Shown piece by piece: positions 32,874 to 48,169 of a stretch of DNA of 64,000 nt (its first letter is position 1; the number at the start of each line of letters is the position of its first letter). The stretch lies in NCBI RefSeq assembly GCF_009914755.1, contig NC_060925.1. One strand, 5' to 3'. Both the position numbers and the translations under genes were made by a program. The notes beneath the pieces were generated by a model. The model was not told the origin of the DNA and made no database searches. It saw only the letters and a list, made by a program, of their open reading frames with translations. The DNA is from the human T2T-CHM13v2.0 reference genome, Homo sapiens.

Positions 32874-33655
32874 TGTGGTCGGCTGAATAAGGGCCTGTAT
32901 TAGTCCGTTCTCATGCTGCTATGAAGAAATACCCGAGACTGAATAATTTATAAGAAAAGAGATTTAATTGACTCACAGTTCCACATGGCTGGGGAAGCCT
33001 CAGGAAACTTACAATCATGGCAGAAGGCACCTCTTCACAGGGCGGCAGGAGAGAGAATGAGTGCTGAGTGAAGGCAGGAAGAGTCTCTTTCAAAACTATC
33101 AGATCTCTTGAGAATTCACTTACTGTCACCAGAACAGCATGGGGGAAACCGCCCCCATGATTCAATTACCTCCCACTGGATCCCTCCCATGCTATGTGGG
33201 GATTATGGGAACTACAATTCAAGGTGAGATTTGGGTGGGGACACAGCCAAACCATATCAGGGCCCTCCATGGATGTCCATATTCTAATCCCCAGAACCTG
33301 TAAATATGTTACTTTACATGGCAAAAGGGACTTTGCAGATGTCATTAAGTTAAGGATCTTGAGATTATCTCGTGCGGGGGCAGTGTAATCATGAGAGGAT
33401 TACATGAGGGAGGCAGGGGGATCAGAGTCAGAGGAGATGTGATGATGGAAGCAGAGATCAGAGACAGTTGAAGGTGCCACATTGCTGGAAGGCCAGGAAC
33501 CAACAGATTTTCCCCTAGAGTCACTAGAAGGAGTGCAGCCCTGCAGAACCATTTTACTTTAGATGTCTGACCTCCAGAACTATAAAATAAATTTGCATTG
33601 TTTTAAGACATTATGTTTGCAGTAATTTGTTACAGCAGCAACAGGAAACTAATAA
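32874..33655 (+). mobile_element. MLT1D-like MaLR LTR interrupted by THE1
   Basis: tgtggtcggctgaataa ... ggcaaaagggactttgcagatgtcattaagttaagg ... gttacagcagcaacaggaaactaata. Confidence 0.85.
32896..33259 (-). mobile_element. THE1 (C/D-like) solo LTR
   Basis: tgtattagtcc...aaaccatatca; 5-bp TSD gggcc at 32891-32895 and 33260-33264. Confidence 0.93.
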
Positions 33656-34352
33656 AGGAAACTAATATAGGAATATAGGAAACTGGCATATACTTTGGGT
33701 GTCCTTGGTTATAAATGACTGAATGACTGACTGTCCTCCCTGACCTTCAGGTGAAGTGTAGTCTGGCATTTGATTTTTGAATGCAAAACAACTTCAGTTG
33801 CAGAAAATTCACGAGACTCTTTTACTGGGCCAAGGGTTTCAAGAGGAAGGCTCTGTTTTGAGAAGAAGGTTGGCATGAAAGTTAAAGGTTCAGTAGCTAC
33901 TATGTCACATGTACAGTTGACTTGAGAATATTATCCCATGTGCATTACAAAATATAGTAATTTTGTAATAAGTTAAACCAGTTAAATGAAAATTATGTAC
34001 TTGTGTTTAATGTCATACATTTATTTTTGGAACGACTTTCACATGACATTTGTGTAGAGTAAGAGCTTGGTTTGGTGAAGGAGTGTTACTATTCTGGAGG
34101 AAGATAACAATATAGGTTGAATTAGATGGTTAACTTTGAAAATGTGGCTTGGGACATGGACTGAATAGAAAAAAGCCTGGGATCAAACACCCCTGCTAAC
34201 TACTGGGGGGTTCTGTGAACACCCAGAAACACAATTGGCAGCTCTTACAGCGTGAACTTCACCATCAAGCAGGTTGTTTCAGGATTCTGACTGAGGGATG
34301 GAAACTTTCTCTTGTAACCTGTCCAGTGAGCTTAGCATCCCTTAGGAAATGA

Positions 34353-34736
<384 letters not shown>

Positions 34737-35349
34737 CAGGGACGGTTCTAAGACCTGTTCTTTAAATCCTAAACCTGAACTCTGATTTCTCCTTCCTCTG
34801 AGTCCTATCCTTGCCCTTTAAATTCCAGGCCTGTGCTGCCTAATGTGGCAGCCACCAGCCAGAGCATTCCTAGACTGAAGGTGCCCTGGAAGCAGAAAGC
34901 ACAGCTTTTGATACCAGGGTTCTTGGCTGAGAAGATGGGAATATGCAGAGAAGAGCAGAGAGTCAACAGGGGATGGGTTAAAAATGGAGAGATGTTTTGA
35001 TAGCCATATGTTCATTATTTCTTTTATTTTGTCCTGTTTCTTCCTAGCTCTCTCTGGTCTTGATTTGACATACGGATACAGCTGGAATGACAATTACCTA
35101 AATATACTAGAGCACCTTTATAATACTGATTTCAGAGGGAAAGCATGTTGAGAGAAAAGATCTACCATAAGGATGCGTTGTATAATGGGCTGTAGTCTGC
35201 CCACCCTTGGGTTAACAATGGGTTGATGTTACCTGGTGTGCCGTGTAGAGTGGTGTTAAGGTCAAATAAAGGAATGTAAAAGCAGGCTGAAATATCCTTA
35301 GGTACGCTCCAGATGGCCATTTTGATGCCTTATGAGTCCCTCAAATTAA

Positions 35350-35905
<556 letters not shown>

Positions 35906-36005
35906 TAAATCCCACATAGCAGAATTGCCTTCTCCCTCCACATGCAGAACCTCACTTTGCTGAGGCCGGAGCAGCAGTGTGTGGGCGTATATGGGTGCTC
36001 TGTGA

Positions 36006-36208
36006 CAGTGCTGTCCCGTAGAACTCCCGGTGAAGATGGGCATGCCTTATGTCTGTGCCATCCAGTACCACTAGCCACATGTGGTTATTAAATTCTTAAA
36101 GTGTGACGCGTTTCACCAAGGAACTGGATTTTACATTTTATCTAATTTTAATTAACCCAAATTTAAATACCCACAGGAGGCTTGCAGCCACCTTATTGGA
36201 CAGCAGTG
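36006..36208 (+). mobile_element. MER3 (hAT-Charlie MITE)
   Basis: cagtgctgtcc...ccactagccacatgtgg...ttggacagcagtg terminal inverted repeats. Confidence 0.85.
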
Positions 36209-37583
36209 ATTCCATAAGATCATCCAAGTAGAGGGAATAACAAGCCGAGAACCTGATGGGAGGCTCCCTGAAGGACATGTTGTAGTGACATTGGCTGGGA
36301 CACGACCTCAGGAGCCCATAGTGATGGTGGGCTAGGGGAGGAGCTGAGAAGAAACTGAGACTTTCAGGAAAACTTGAGAATAGAAATAGAGGGCAGATGA
36401 TTTATTCATGACATGGAGCTGCCCGGGCAGTCACCTGGGAAAGAGATGTCAAATATGGGAGATCAAGGACAGCACAGAGGAACAGTGACAGGAGCAGGAG
36501 CCCCAGGGGGCTTCTGCAAGAGAGTCCAGGCTGACCCTGGCCTGGGCTCAGGTGACTGGAAGAGAGCAGTTTCATCCCTGAGGACTTAGACCTTTGTTTC
36601 TCTAGGACCACAGGCTCTGGATGAAGTGATCAGCCCTGGATGGAGGTGGAAGGAGAAATAAGCATTGAGCGGAGGGAGTTAGGAAAAACTCAAGGACCCT
36701 TAGAAATTGGATCTTAATGAGCAGCTAGAGTATTGGCAGGCGTGGGATCCCAGAGGCCAGAGAGATTAATCGATTCTTTTGCTTAGTGAAGTTAACAGTG
36801 ATGCTTTTCCTGTAATTGAGATAATCTGTGTGCGGCCTGTGTTTCCTGGGGTTCTTCTCACGCTGCTGTGAATTAGGCCACCTTGAACAGCTGACTGAAC
36901 GTGGCAAACCAGAGTGGTGCAGCGCAGGCTGTGGGCAGAGAGTCGAGGGGAAGCAGGAGTCCTGGGTATTTGGACGATGGATGCCTGAACCCTAGGCAGT
37001 GGCGACAGGAAGAGAGAAGGCAGGCAGCTGGGAGAGCAGGCCCGGAGCCTCTGTTTGGAAGGGCCAGTGGGGCAGGCGAGCTGGCCTGACTCCCTTCTTC
37101 GAGTCCTCCATTTCGACCTCTGTGCCTTTGCACAGATACATCTGGCTTTACAGATAGAGGTGTTCCTGGAAAAGGAAGTCAAATGAAACAGGAAAATCTA
37201 TGTTCAGCTTACATGCACTTAAGGGGAAGCTCGCTATATGTAGGAAGCCTGTGGTTATTGCTAATAATTGCCACCAATTTATTGGTTCTATGGGGGCTCA
37301 GTTGTACCGTAGTTACACTTTAACTTCCTCTTTCTGTAGGATCTGTAAATGCTCTTAGGCGTTTTTAAAAGTGTGTATCACTCACCCACTAGGTAATGAA
37401 ATCCTTATAAGCAAAAACCATAGTATCGTTTCTGTTTTTTTGGGACGGGCAGGGAGGATACTGTTTCTCCATGCAATCTTTGAATGCGAACATGCTTAAT
37501 AAATATTGATGGACAGAAGTGACTTAATTTTTATTAAACTCTTCACAGTTTTATGAATGCATCATTTGTTTTGTCTTTATAAA

Positions 37584-38058
<475 letters not shown>

Positions 38059-41000
38059 TCAGAGAGGTTAAGTAATGTCTTCAGGTTATCGTTGCAAATT
38101 AAAATGTTGAAAATAAGACCATACATATGGTGAGCCTTTTCTCCCTTCAGTATTTTTTCCTAAAAGTGTTAGAGACAACAAAGGGCAGAGGGCATGTCAA
38201 AGGTATCTAAGACAAACTTTCTTTATTGAATCAACTTTGTCTTGGCTTCAACTGTGAAACTTGGATGATGTAATCTAGGGTTGGGTACCGTTCATTTCTA
38301 GTCTCTGGGTCTTCCACTGAACACTGCTGTACCACACGCTTCAATGGTAGAGGGTTTCATGGCAGGGCCGTGCAGCACTGTTGTGACATAGACAATCTGG
38401 AAGTTACAGAACAACCACCCTCCCACGTATTTACAAAAAGTGTAACATTTCACTGGGATCGTGTCTGAAAGCACTCTGTAGCTGAAAAGTGCTATACAAA
38501 GCCAAAGGGTTATTTATCATAATTTTAGCTGACAGCAGCACTGCCGACATCTCTTTCTCACTCAAGGGAAGTACCCACAAGGCAAGCTACAGAGCATCCC
38601 CCTAGCCTGGTGACTGGAGATCAAGGAGCTAACCTTCAGTGTTCCGTCTGTGAGGAACACTTGCCATCTGTGAGGTTTTGGGAGATGCTGACAACCATCC
38701 ATTTCCACAGAGTGGTCCCAGCTGGGGAGATTATATGCAAAGGAGACCTCTCAGAAAGCAAGGTGGCATGTAGTGGGCATGTGATAAGCTACTCACTGCA
38801 TGGCTCAACATGGCTCAGGCAACAACTCAGGCAAGAGGATTCTGCAGAAAGAGAGATGGATGTCATCAGAATAGGCGGGGAAGTGGACTTGTGGTTGACC
38901 TTGAAGTCTGGGCATTCCAGGCTGGAGGGACAGCCTGGGCCCTGAGAAAACCAGCTTCCACTGGAGCCATTCTACTAGAATAGTTTTCATTTCTCATGCA
39001 GAGGTCTGGTCTTCAAATAAATGATTCTGAAAAATTGGACTTAGAGACTATCACGGGAAAATGATGAAGGTCATAGCCTCTGGGATCCTGAAAATTGTTT
39101 GGGACTTTTATAGACTTTCACAGTCCTGGATTTCTGGGTGGGAGGAATAAAAACCGGATTGGACAGTGTCGTCCTTCAACAGAAGAGGCCTGACGTTAAG
39201 CAATGCCCTATTTCAAATACTTTCCACTGCAGAAAGAGTGCTGTCCAATTGCCAGTCTGGGAAATCTCTTCCTGGGCTTGTTTTGTTTTGGGATTAAATC
39301 ACATGGAACTCTTTTCTTCAGCTCATGTTGTCATACTTGAGACACTGCTATTTCTTCCCTTTTATTTCTAAATTGTGAACCTTCTCCTTTTGTTTCAACC
39401 TAGAAATGTACACTTCTCGTTAATTGTTCTTATGAGAATGGTTTCTTTACAGCAATAGGTGGCGGATAACAAGACTGGAAACTTTGAGTACACAGGACCA
39501 CACTGGTTTCAGTTCTAATTTTCCTAAGTGGCTTTGCTGAGGGAGGCAATATACATTGGTATATATTGGTATATATTTGGCAAGGGAATATACGTTGGTA
39601 TCTTATTTTTCTAACCATAGTAATGGTATCTGGAATTGTTGTTGGCTTTTAGGCTAAGCCATTCATTATTTTTAACCTTCAGAAAAAAATTTGAAGATAC
39701 TTAATTATAAAATAAAGGCTGCTCAGATTTTACCACTTGGACAAGAGATGAAAGTTCCAGAAGAGTACAAACTGAGCTGCTCTGGCATGTTCGGAACCTG
39801 TTTTCTATGACATAGTTGGTAGAGAGCAACATCTCATGCCCCCTATAAATCTGTGTGGGTGTGTCCAGGAGAGCTTGCCTCCTAAATTGTATTGAATTAG
39901 AAATCCTGCACCTTGAAGCAATTGGAATTGGTCTGTCCTGCAGGTCTTCTGTTGGAGTAGAGTCCCAAGAGAAAGCTGTGCAGTCGCCCATGTGATTTTA
40001 GTCTATTTTAGTCTTGCCTGTTTTTTCAAAACCTTACTGAAATTGGGGTTGACTAATGGCCTCCTTAAAATTGGATTTATTTTAGCTTGAATATGTATTT
40101 TCTCTTCTTTTTCAACTTCTAGATGGCATATATTCCAATGAATATGATTCAAATATTCCAATGCAGTACAGGATCCAAACTATGTCCCTTTGGTAGAGAA
40201 ATAAATAGAGAGTGGAATTCTTTAGAGCTGCCAGATTGACCTTTTCCATCAACCACTAAACTGTCTGAAAAATGGTACAAATGGTACAAAGATTTAAGAC
40301 CTTGAGTTAAAAGGGGGAAGAAACTGAGCTATATGAGTTAAAAGATCCAGGAGACTCTCTCCTGTTTGGTTGCTCATTCTTGTGTATTAATTTTTAATAA
40401 GGAAGTGAACCCCAGATGACAGAACTGATTTTCTTTTATTGGGTGACGGTTGAGATCTCCTATTGCTTAAATCAGGTTAAATAAGAGAGAATGCTGCTCT
40501 GTAAGTCTGGCCTCTGGGTCTCTGGTATATTTACAAAGATTTAAACGTAATACCTATTCCTGTTTCTCAGGCATCCTCATGACACCATCTTCCAGTATAG
40601 GAGACCAAAATGGATAAGATGAAAGCAAAACATCTTGTGTAATGCAATCAAAGCAACTTTAATTTTTTGGTTTCTGGCAAGGAGGATATGGGCTTAAGTA
40701 AAATACTCCATTGCACCGTTTCTGGGGATTTATGTTTTTAAACCAAGTATAATAATATTCCATGTACATCCACTACCAGTGATATTAGCTATTCCCAGTC
40801 CGTGTCACCCCCAGGGATGGAGTGGGCTGGAGACCTGGGGAGGGAGAAATCAAGCCTCATATGCTGTGATGTCTTGACAAGTGAGTGCCCCCAATCCTGT
40901 TGGCATTTGTGCTGCAGGAGTTTGGTTGATCAGATTTGTATTTTAGATAAATATATTAGGTCACAGTTTGAATTTCAAATTGCATGTCCTTTGCCATTTT

Positions 41001-41214
41001 TCTTTATTAAAATGTATGCATTAAAATTGTTATGCATGAAGACAAATATCAAGATTGACTGATGTTTTCCTCCCTATTAATTTCCCGTAGGAATGGTAAA
41101 AATGCAATTATTCATCTATGAAAATGGTGTTTAAGACCTTGAAAATGAAGAGAATTTGGAAAGCCACTTGTGCCATAAAATTTCTGAACACAGAAACGGG
41201 CCAGTGATTCAGTC

Positions 41215-41385
41215 GATATTGATTGATTGGTTGATTGATTTTAATTTCTTCTCCAGCTTTATTGAGGTATAATTGACAATTAAAAATTGCATATACTCAA
41301 AATGTACATATGATGTTTTGATTTCATTGTGAAATCTTTACTATAATCAAGCCAGCTAATATATCCATCACCTCACATAGTTGCC

Positions 41386-41428
<43 letters not shown>

Positions 41429-41847
41429 TGAGACACTCAAGATGTACTGTCTTAGCAAATTTCAAGGGTACAATCCAGTATTATTAACATGCTGTCCATT
41501 ATTCACAAAAGGCAAGATGAAGAAACAATCTAAGTGCCTAAGGCTGGATGAATGGATAAAGAAAATGTGGTATATATACACAGTGGAATAATATTCAGCC
41601 TTAAAAAGAAGGAAATCTGTCATTTGTGACAATGTGGGTAAACATGGTGGACATGATGCTAAGTGGAATGAGTCACACACAGAAAGACAAATACTGCATG
41701 ATCTCACTTACATGTGGAATCTAAAAAAGTCAAACTCATAGAAGCAGAGAATGGTGTTTTCCAGGAACGTGGTGGAAAGGGAAATGAAGAGGTGTGGTCA
41801 CAAGGATACAAAGTTTCAGTTGTGCAGGATGAATAAATTCTGGAGAT
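41215..41847 (-). mobile_element. L1MA (8/9-like) 3' end with inverted 5' segment; contains (TG)n at 41388-41427
   Basis: Antisense 3' terminus ~41240-41495 joined to sense-oriented upstream segment ~41497-41847; TSD-like tgattca(g/a)tc. Confidence 0.8.
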
Positions 41848-42101
41848 GATTCAATCCTGACTGAAAGAGAAGTCCATGTGATTTAGAACAGACTGTGCAA
41901 AATATTCAGCGAGGAGCTGAGACGGTCTCTTCCCCTGGCATGTCTCAGCTATCCTTGCCTCTGAATCGCATATGATGTGCACAAGTACAATGAGGAGGGC
42001 TCAGACAACCACTGCGCTTCTCACCTGCGGGGACAACAAGCCACCTTCTCCCGATAAATGAATGGGCTTTTAAAGATCATCTTTCAGCAGTGAGAAGGTA
42101 G

Positions 42102-42539
<438 letters not shown>

Positions 42540-42779
42540 TCTCAATAGCCTCTTTGACAGCTCTTTGACATTGGTTGCAAGATGAATCCAAGGGGAGGGC
42601 ATAATGTACAAGGAAAAATGATAAATTAAAAATCCTACACTGTACTAGGAGATTGTTCCATACCACATGCCGCATGGCAGATCAATAGAACCTTCTTTTG
42701 CTATGAAAAACTACATTTTGAAACAAAAGTTTTAGTGTTTATTTGGGGCAGTGGAAAAAGAAGGAAGAGGTGAGTATTG

Positions 42780-42990
42780 AGTGCTAGGCACTAATCAAGT
42801 ACTTACTCATTTAATCTTTCCCCAAATATTATGAGGTAGGCACTATTTTTTTTTCACCAATTTACAAATGTGGAAACTGAGGCAGAGAGGAGTTTTGTAA
42901 ATTTCCCCAGGTTAAGCTGCAGTTGGAAGCTGAACTGGGATATGAACCCAGCGGAGGGGCTCTGCAGCCGTGCCTTCCAGCTGCACAGTA
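42780..42990. mobile_element. MIR
   Basis: Core tttacaaatgtggaaactgaggcagagagg. Confidence 0.75.
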
Positions 42991-43341
42991 TCCTCGGTGC
43001 TGCCTCAGCTCCTGGGGCTAAGGTAAAGGCTCCCTCCTGCCTTCCAGGACCCTCCTGCCTGCCCTTGTTAACTTAGGTTAGAAATGGGTTAGCTTCTATT
43101 TTTCTTAGGTCTCTATTGGGACAAGCTTGGAGCTTTTAAAGGAAGGCTTACTAAAGAATAAGTGGGGGAAGTGGTAGGAAATGAGAAAAAAATAAAATGA
43201 AAAAGCAAAGAAATAGATGAGGTGAAAGAGCATGCATTTCCTTCCGTCACCTACACATTATTTACTAAGTCCCTCCTGCACATGGCTGGGCCTTCAAGGA
43301 GTTCCTGATCTGGGATGGGTGGACTCAATCTCGCTTCTCGA

Positions 43342-43690
43342 TTCTCTCTTCTCTCTTCTTCTTCCTCTTCCTCTTCTTCTTTTTTTTTCTTTCCTCTCTC
43401 TCTCTCTCTCTCTCAGAGTCTCACTCTTTCACCCAAGCTGGAGTGCAGTGGTGTGATCTCGGCTCAATGCAACCTCCACTTCCCAGATTCAAGTGATTCT
43501 CCTGTCTCAGCTTCCTGAGCAGCTAGGATTACAGGCGCCCACCACCACACCCGGCTATTTCTGTATTTTTAGCAGAGATGGGGTTTCACCATGTTGTCCA
43601 GGCTGGTCTCTAATTCCTGACCCCAAGTCATCCACCTGCCTCAGCCTCCCAAACTTCTGGGATCACAGGCATGAGCCACCGTGCCTGGCC
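43342..43690 (-). mobile_element. AluS with CT-rich degenerate tail
   Basis: TSD ctgatctgggat at 43305-43316 and 43691-43702. Confidence 0.9.
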
Positions 43691-44304
43691 CTGATCTGGG
43701 ATTTAAAGGGGCAGTTGCTGAGCAAATAGAAGCCAGGGCAAGAAAGGATTTATGTGCTTGGGATTCTTGAGGGGTTTTCCAGAGTCAGTCCCCAATTCTG
43801 ATGTTTTTATACGCAACACTAGGGGTCCTTCTGAAGTTATCCCGGCCCCTGGGAAACTCACGTGGCATGGGGCCCCCTTCTGCCCTGGTCTCTTTCATCC
43901 CATCTGTCCCGGCCCCAGAGCCTGTCCAGTCTGGTCCTCTCTGTCCTGCTTGGTTTGTCACCATGTGATGTTGGGATGGCTTGTCTTTGCCGCCTCACTT
44001 CCTAAGCTGACAGACGTGTCTGCTAGGGACCACCAGCTCCCAAGCCGCATGACGGTGCTTTCCTTCAAGGTTCAGAGGCTTCCCTTTCAGTCTGGCCCAT
44101 CTCCCACATCCTAATGGCTCTGCTGTCTCAGGGGCAGCTCTCCTTTTTAACTTATTGGCAGAGCTGGGATGACTTATAGGTCCCTGGCTCAGTGAGTAAG
44201 CAAGTTCAGAGACTTGGCTTTGGCCATTTTGTTCTCTTAGGCTCATCCTTGGATGCCAACAGGGAAATTACCTGCCAGATTTCAGTCACTACTTTTTAGA
44301 AGTT

Positions 44305-44330
44305 AAAAAAAAAAAAAAAAAAAAAAAAAA
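44305..44330. repeat. Poly-A tract (A26)
   Basis: Pure A run with no adjacent Alu/L1 body. Confidence 0.95.
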
Positions 44331-45025
44331 CCTCACAAACAAGATGTTTCTTTTTTGTGCAGGCACAATATGTAGTCTCTCCACTATTAAGGGGAGCAAT
44401 CTCCTTAGCGCAGTGGTAGATTTTTTTTTAACATTCTTCATCTGTATTTATTTCTATTTTTCATTCTATAAGTTAGTCAATTAAATAATATTTATTGAGC
44501 AGTTACTAGGTTCTATAGATGATCAAAAGCAAACACACACACACTCTCGATCTTACAAGAGCAAGAGCTCTTTTTCGTACATATAATTTCTCAATCTTGT
44601 TTAAAGTACACACGCACATAAGAAGCTAATTAATAGTACAAGGCAGAATCAGTTAAATGCCACATGGGTGGCAGACAGTTTTATAAACACCACCCAAACC
44701 TTTATTTGTACAAAAGCAAAAGCAAGCAACCTCATCGTTAGGAGAGGAGTTACTGCCCCATAACCCAGGAAAGTCTTAAAAAGAAATTATACCAAGTGTA
44801 CTTTTCATCTCTATTTCTGTTTTTCACTTTTTCAGTCAATCAGCCACTTACTATTTATTAAGTATTTCTTCCATCTAAGCAAGGTGGGGGAGGGAGAGAA
44901 AGAGATTATTCCTACGTTTATGATTCCAATCTTGTTTAAAGTGTATTCGTAAAACGTGAGTTAATAATGTGGCATCAAATGAGTGCCTTGTGGGCCTCTT
45001 GATGGTGAGTGTTATAGGAATGTAG

Positions 45026-45144
45026 AGGTCAAAGGAATTGCTGTGGACTGTGGTGTGTGTGAAAGCTTCATGGTAGACTTTTGACTTCAAGGTCAAAGAC
45101 ATTGCTGTGGACTTTGGTGGTGTGTGAAGGCTTCGTGGTAGACT
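45026..45144. repeat. Imperfect tandem duplication, period 64 bp
   Basis: aggtcaaag..attgctgtggact...gtgtgaa.gcttc.tggtagact occurs at 45026-45079 and 45090-45144. Confidence 0.88.
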
Positions 45145-45580
45145 GGGGCTGAGATGAGCCCCTAGGAAGGACCAGGATTTAGACGGGAGCTTGAGGAACA
45201 GGACAGACAGGTGGGGGGAGTGCTCCAAGGGAGCAAGGGATAGAGAGGGAGTAGATCAGTCTGCCTGGAGTTGAGGCTTTGTTTACAGGCGAGGTGCTGG
45301 TGAGGGTGGTGGAGAGGCATCCAGGAAGGTTGAAAATATATTTCTGTAGCCACCTGCCATCCTGCATGCAGGCACACACACATACACAGCAGCCGTCCTC
45401 TTGTTGAATGCCTCTTCTCACTAAATACAGATACATCCATGAGGCTTACACTTACTGCTCATTTAGTAAAGTAGTAAAGTCACAGTGGGAGCCCGGGAAT
45501 CAGGAAATAAACACTCAGATGTTTTCCTTCTAGTTTTGATCAGCTGCCCTGAGAGAATGAGATTTTAAAATAATTTGACA

Positions 45581-45922
<342 letters not shown>

Positions 45923-46585
45923 TTATCAAAACCATTTAAAACGATACAGTTCAGTCGTGTTAAGTATACGCACACCGTTGTGCAACAAATCTCCGAACAG
46001 TTTCATCTTATGAAACGGAAACTCCACGAAAAACAACCAAGAACAGTTTTATTTGAACCCAAGGGTACTTTCTGGGATGGAAAAGCTGGGAGCTCAATCT
46101 TGGATATTATAGTACTGTGGAGCTGGGATTATGGATGTCTGAGGCCAGTAGGAGCTCTGAGGCCATCCAAGATAGATGTGTCCATTGGAAATTGGGCTTA
46201 GAGTTAGAAACTGCTAAGTGGACATTATTTTAAAATTTATTTTGGATATTCAGCTTCCGAACACTGTCCTACGTTTGGGAACCTCACTGTTGCGTGAGTC
46301 ATGGCATCGCCTACAACGGAAGCTGAAAAGGTCAGTACCTGCTTTCTCCATATCCTGCTGCCCAGGGCATGCAACTTGACCTTAGCACAACCAATCCTCC
46401 TGTAGCCTGGTACTTTGAACCTGAAGTAAGCAACGTGAAGAACAGGGGACAGGTTAGGGCTACCTCAGGTGTTGGTGCTGAATTATCGTAACTGCTTCTG
46501 TGTGTGTCTGGGCCGTGGGCCTTCTGACCACCACCTTCCTTTGGTTTCTGCCCATTTTCCAGGCTACATTGTCCAGTGTCCCTGT

Positions 46586-46887
<302 letters not shown>

Positions 46888-48169
46888 TGAACACCTGTTA
46901 GCTAGCATTCCAACTTGGTTGGTTTCTGTCATTTGCAACCGAGAATTCTGTCTCTTTTGTCTGGTTGTCTCTCTGTGGTCACCATGCCTTTATCAGTCTG
47001 TGTCATCCCGGGCTGAAGTTCCTCACGTGATATTTAGTTGCTTGTGGCCAAAACCCGCCTTCACTGCAAATGCATCGGTTCCTCATCATTTCTCCTCTGG
47101 ACCAGCAAGGGGCTTTCCTCTCGCCCATCCATCTCCCACCTTTTCGTTTTGTAGGTAGAACCTGGAGGGAGCGGCAGTAATTCATCATCCATGGAACGTG
47201 CCTGTCTGTGGCCTGGACCTGTGGGATTTGGCCGGCGTTCCCTTTGCATTACATTTGGTACTTGGAAGCAAGCATCCCTCAGTAGGGACAAGGCTCCAGC
47301 TGTCCCTTTCATTAGGGCCCTGCCAAGGACGTTTCCTTTGTTCAGCACCTCCTCCTGCCTGCCCTTAGGACCATCTTCCAAAAAACTCTGCTCTGCCCTC
47401 ACCCGCTGCTGTCCCCTCCCACCTGTAAGACCAGGCCAGCTCAGCACCTTTCCCTGTCTCCTTGTCTAGCACTGCTGCTTCTGTGTGATGCTCCGGCATG
47501 GTGAGTTGACCAACACCATCGCTTAAATGTGCTGTGCCTTTTACAATTATGTGGCTTTGCAGGTGCTGTTCCCTTGCCTTTTTTTCTTTGCCCGGCAAAT
47601 TCTACTGGTTTGTCAGTCACTTCTCCTTTCTGATAGCCTTTGTGACTCTCCCAGCTGTTACTGGGTCCTGGTCACCCTCTAGGGCCTTGTGTAAACCTTT
47701 CTTTCAGGTTTTACCCAGGGCACTGTACTTACTTGTATATGTACTTCTCTCCCCGCCTAGACCCCCATCTCCCTACGGATAGGAAAGGAGTCTCCTCCTC
47801 ATCTTTGTACCGAGTTTGCAAGCACAGTGCCTGTGCGTGGCAGGCCCTCTGTACCTGTTGACTATCGTGCAGTGGAGATTCAAGCTGGCTGATCTGTGCC
47901 TGGTGCTTAATGGCTGTGATGAGTTTGCCACATTCCCTTCTCCCTCGAGGTCTTCTCAACGGTCTGATGGTAATGCTGGGAATTTCAGGCTTTCTGGCAG
48001 ACTGTCAGGGAGAAATTTCAGTGCAGAAAGGCCTTCTAGAACCTCACGAATAAGGGGTGCTGCTCACATCTTGTGAGTCCTCCCCCTTCCTGACATGAGT
48101 CTCAGTGCCGGCAAACACGGCTGGTTGAACCCTGAGCTAGCCCAGCTGCTTTGTTCACCTTACGTTTGG

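Noticed and set aside
47157-47499. Possible exon (ttttgtag acceptor, atg|gtgagt donor)
   Set aside because: No convincing reading frame or homology; cannot be supported without transcript data
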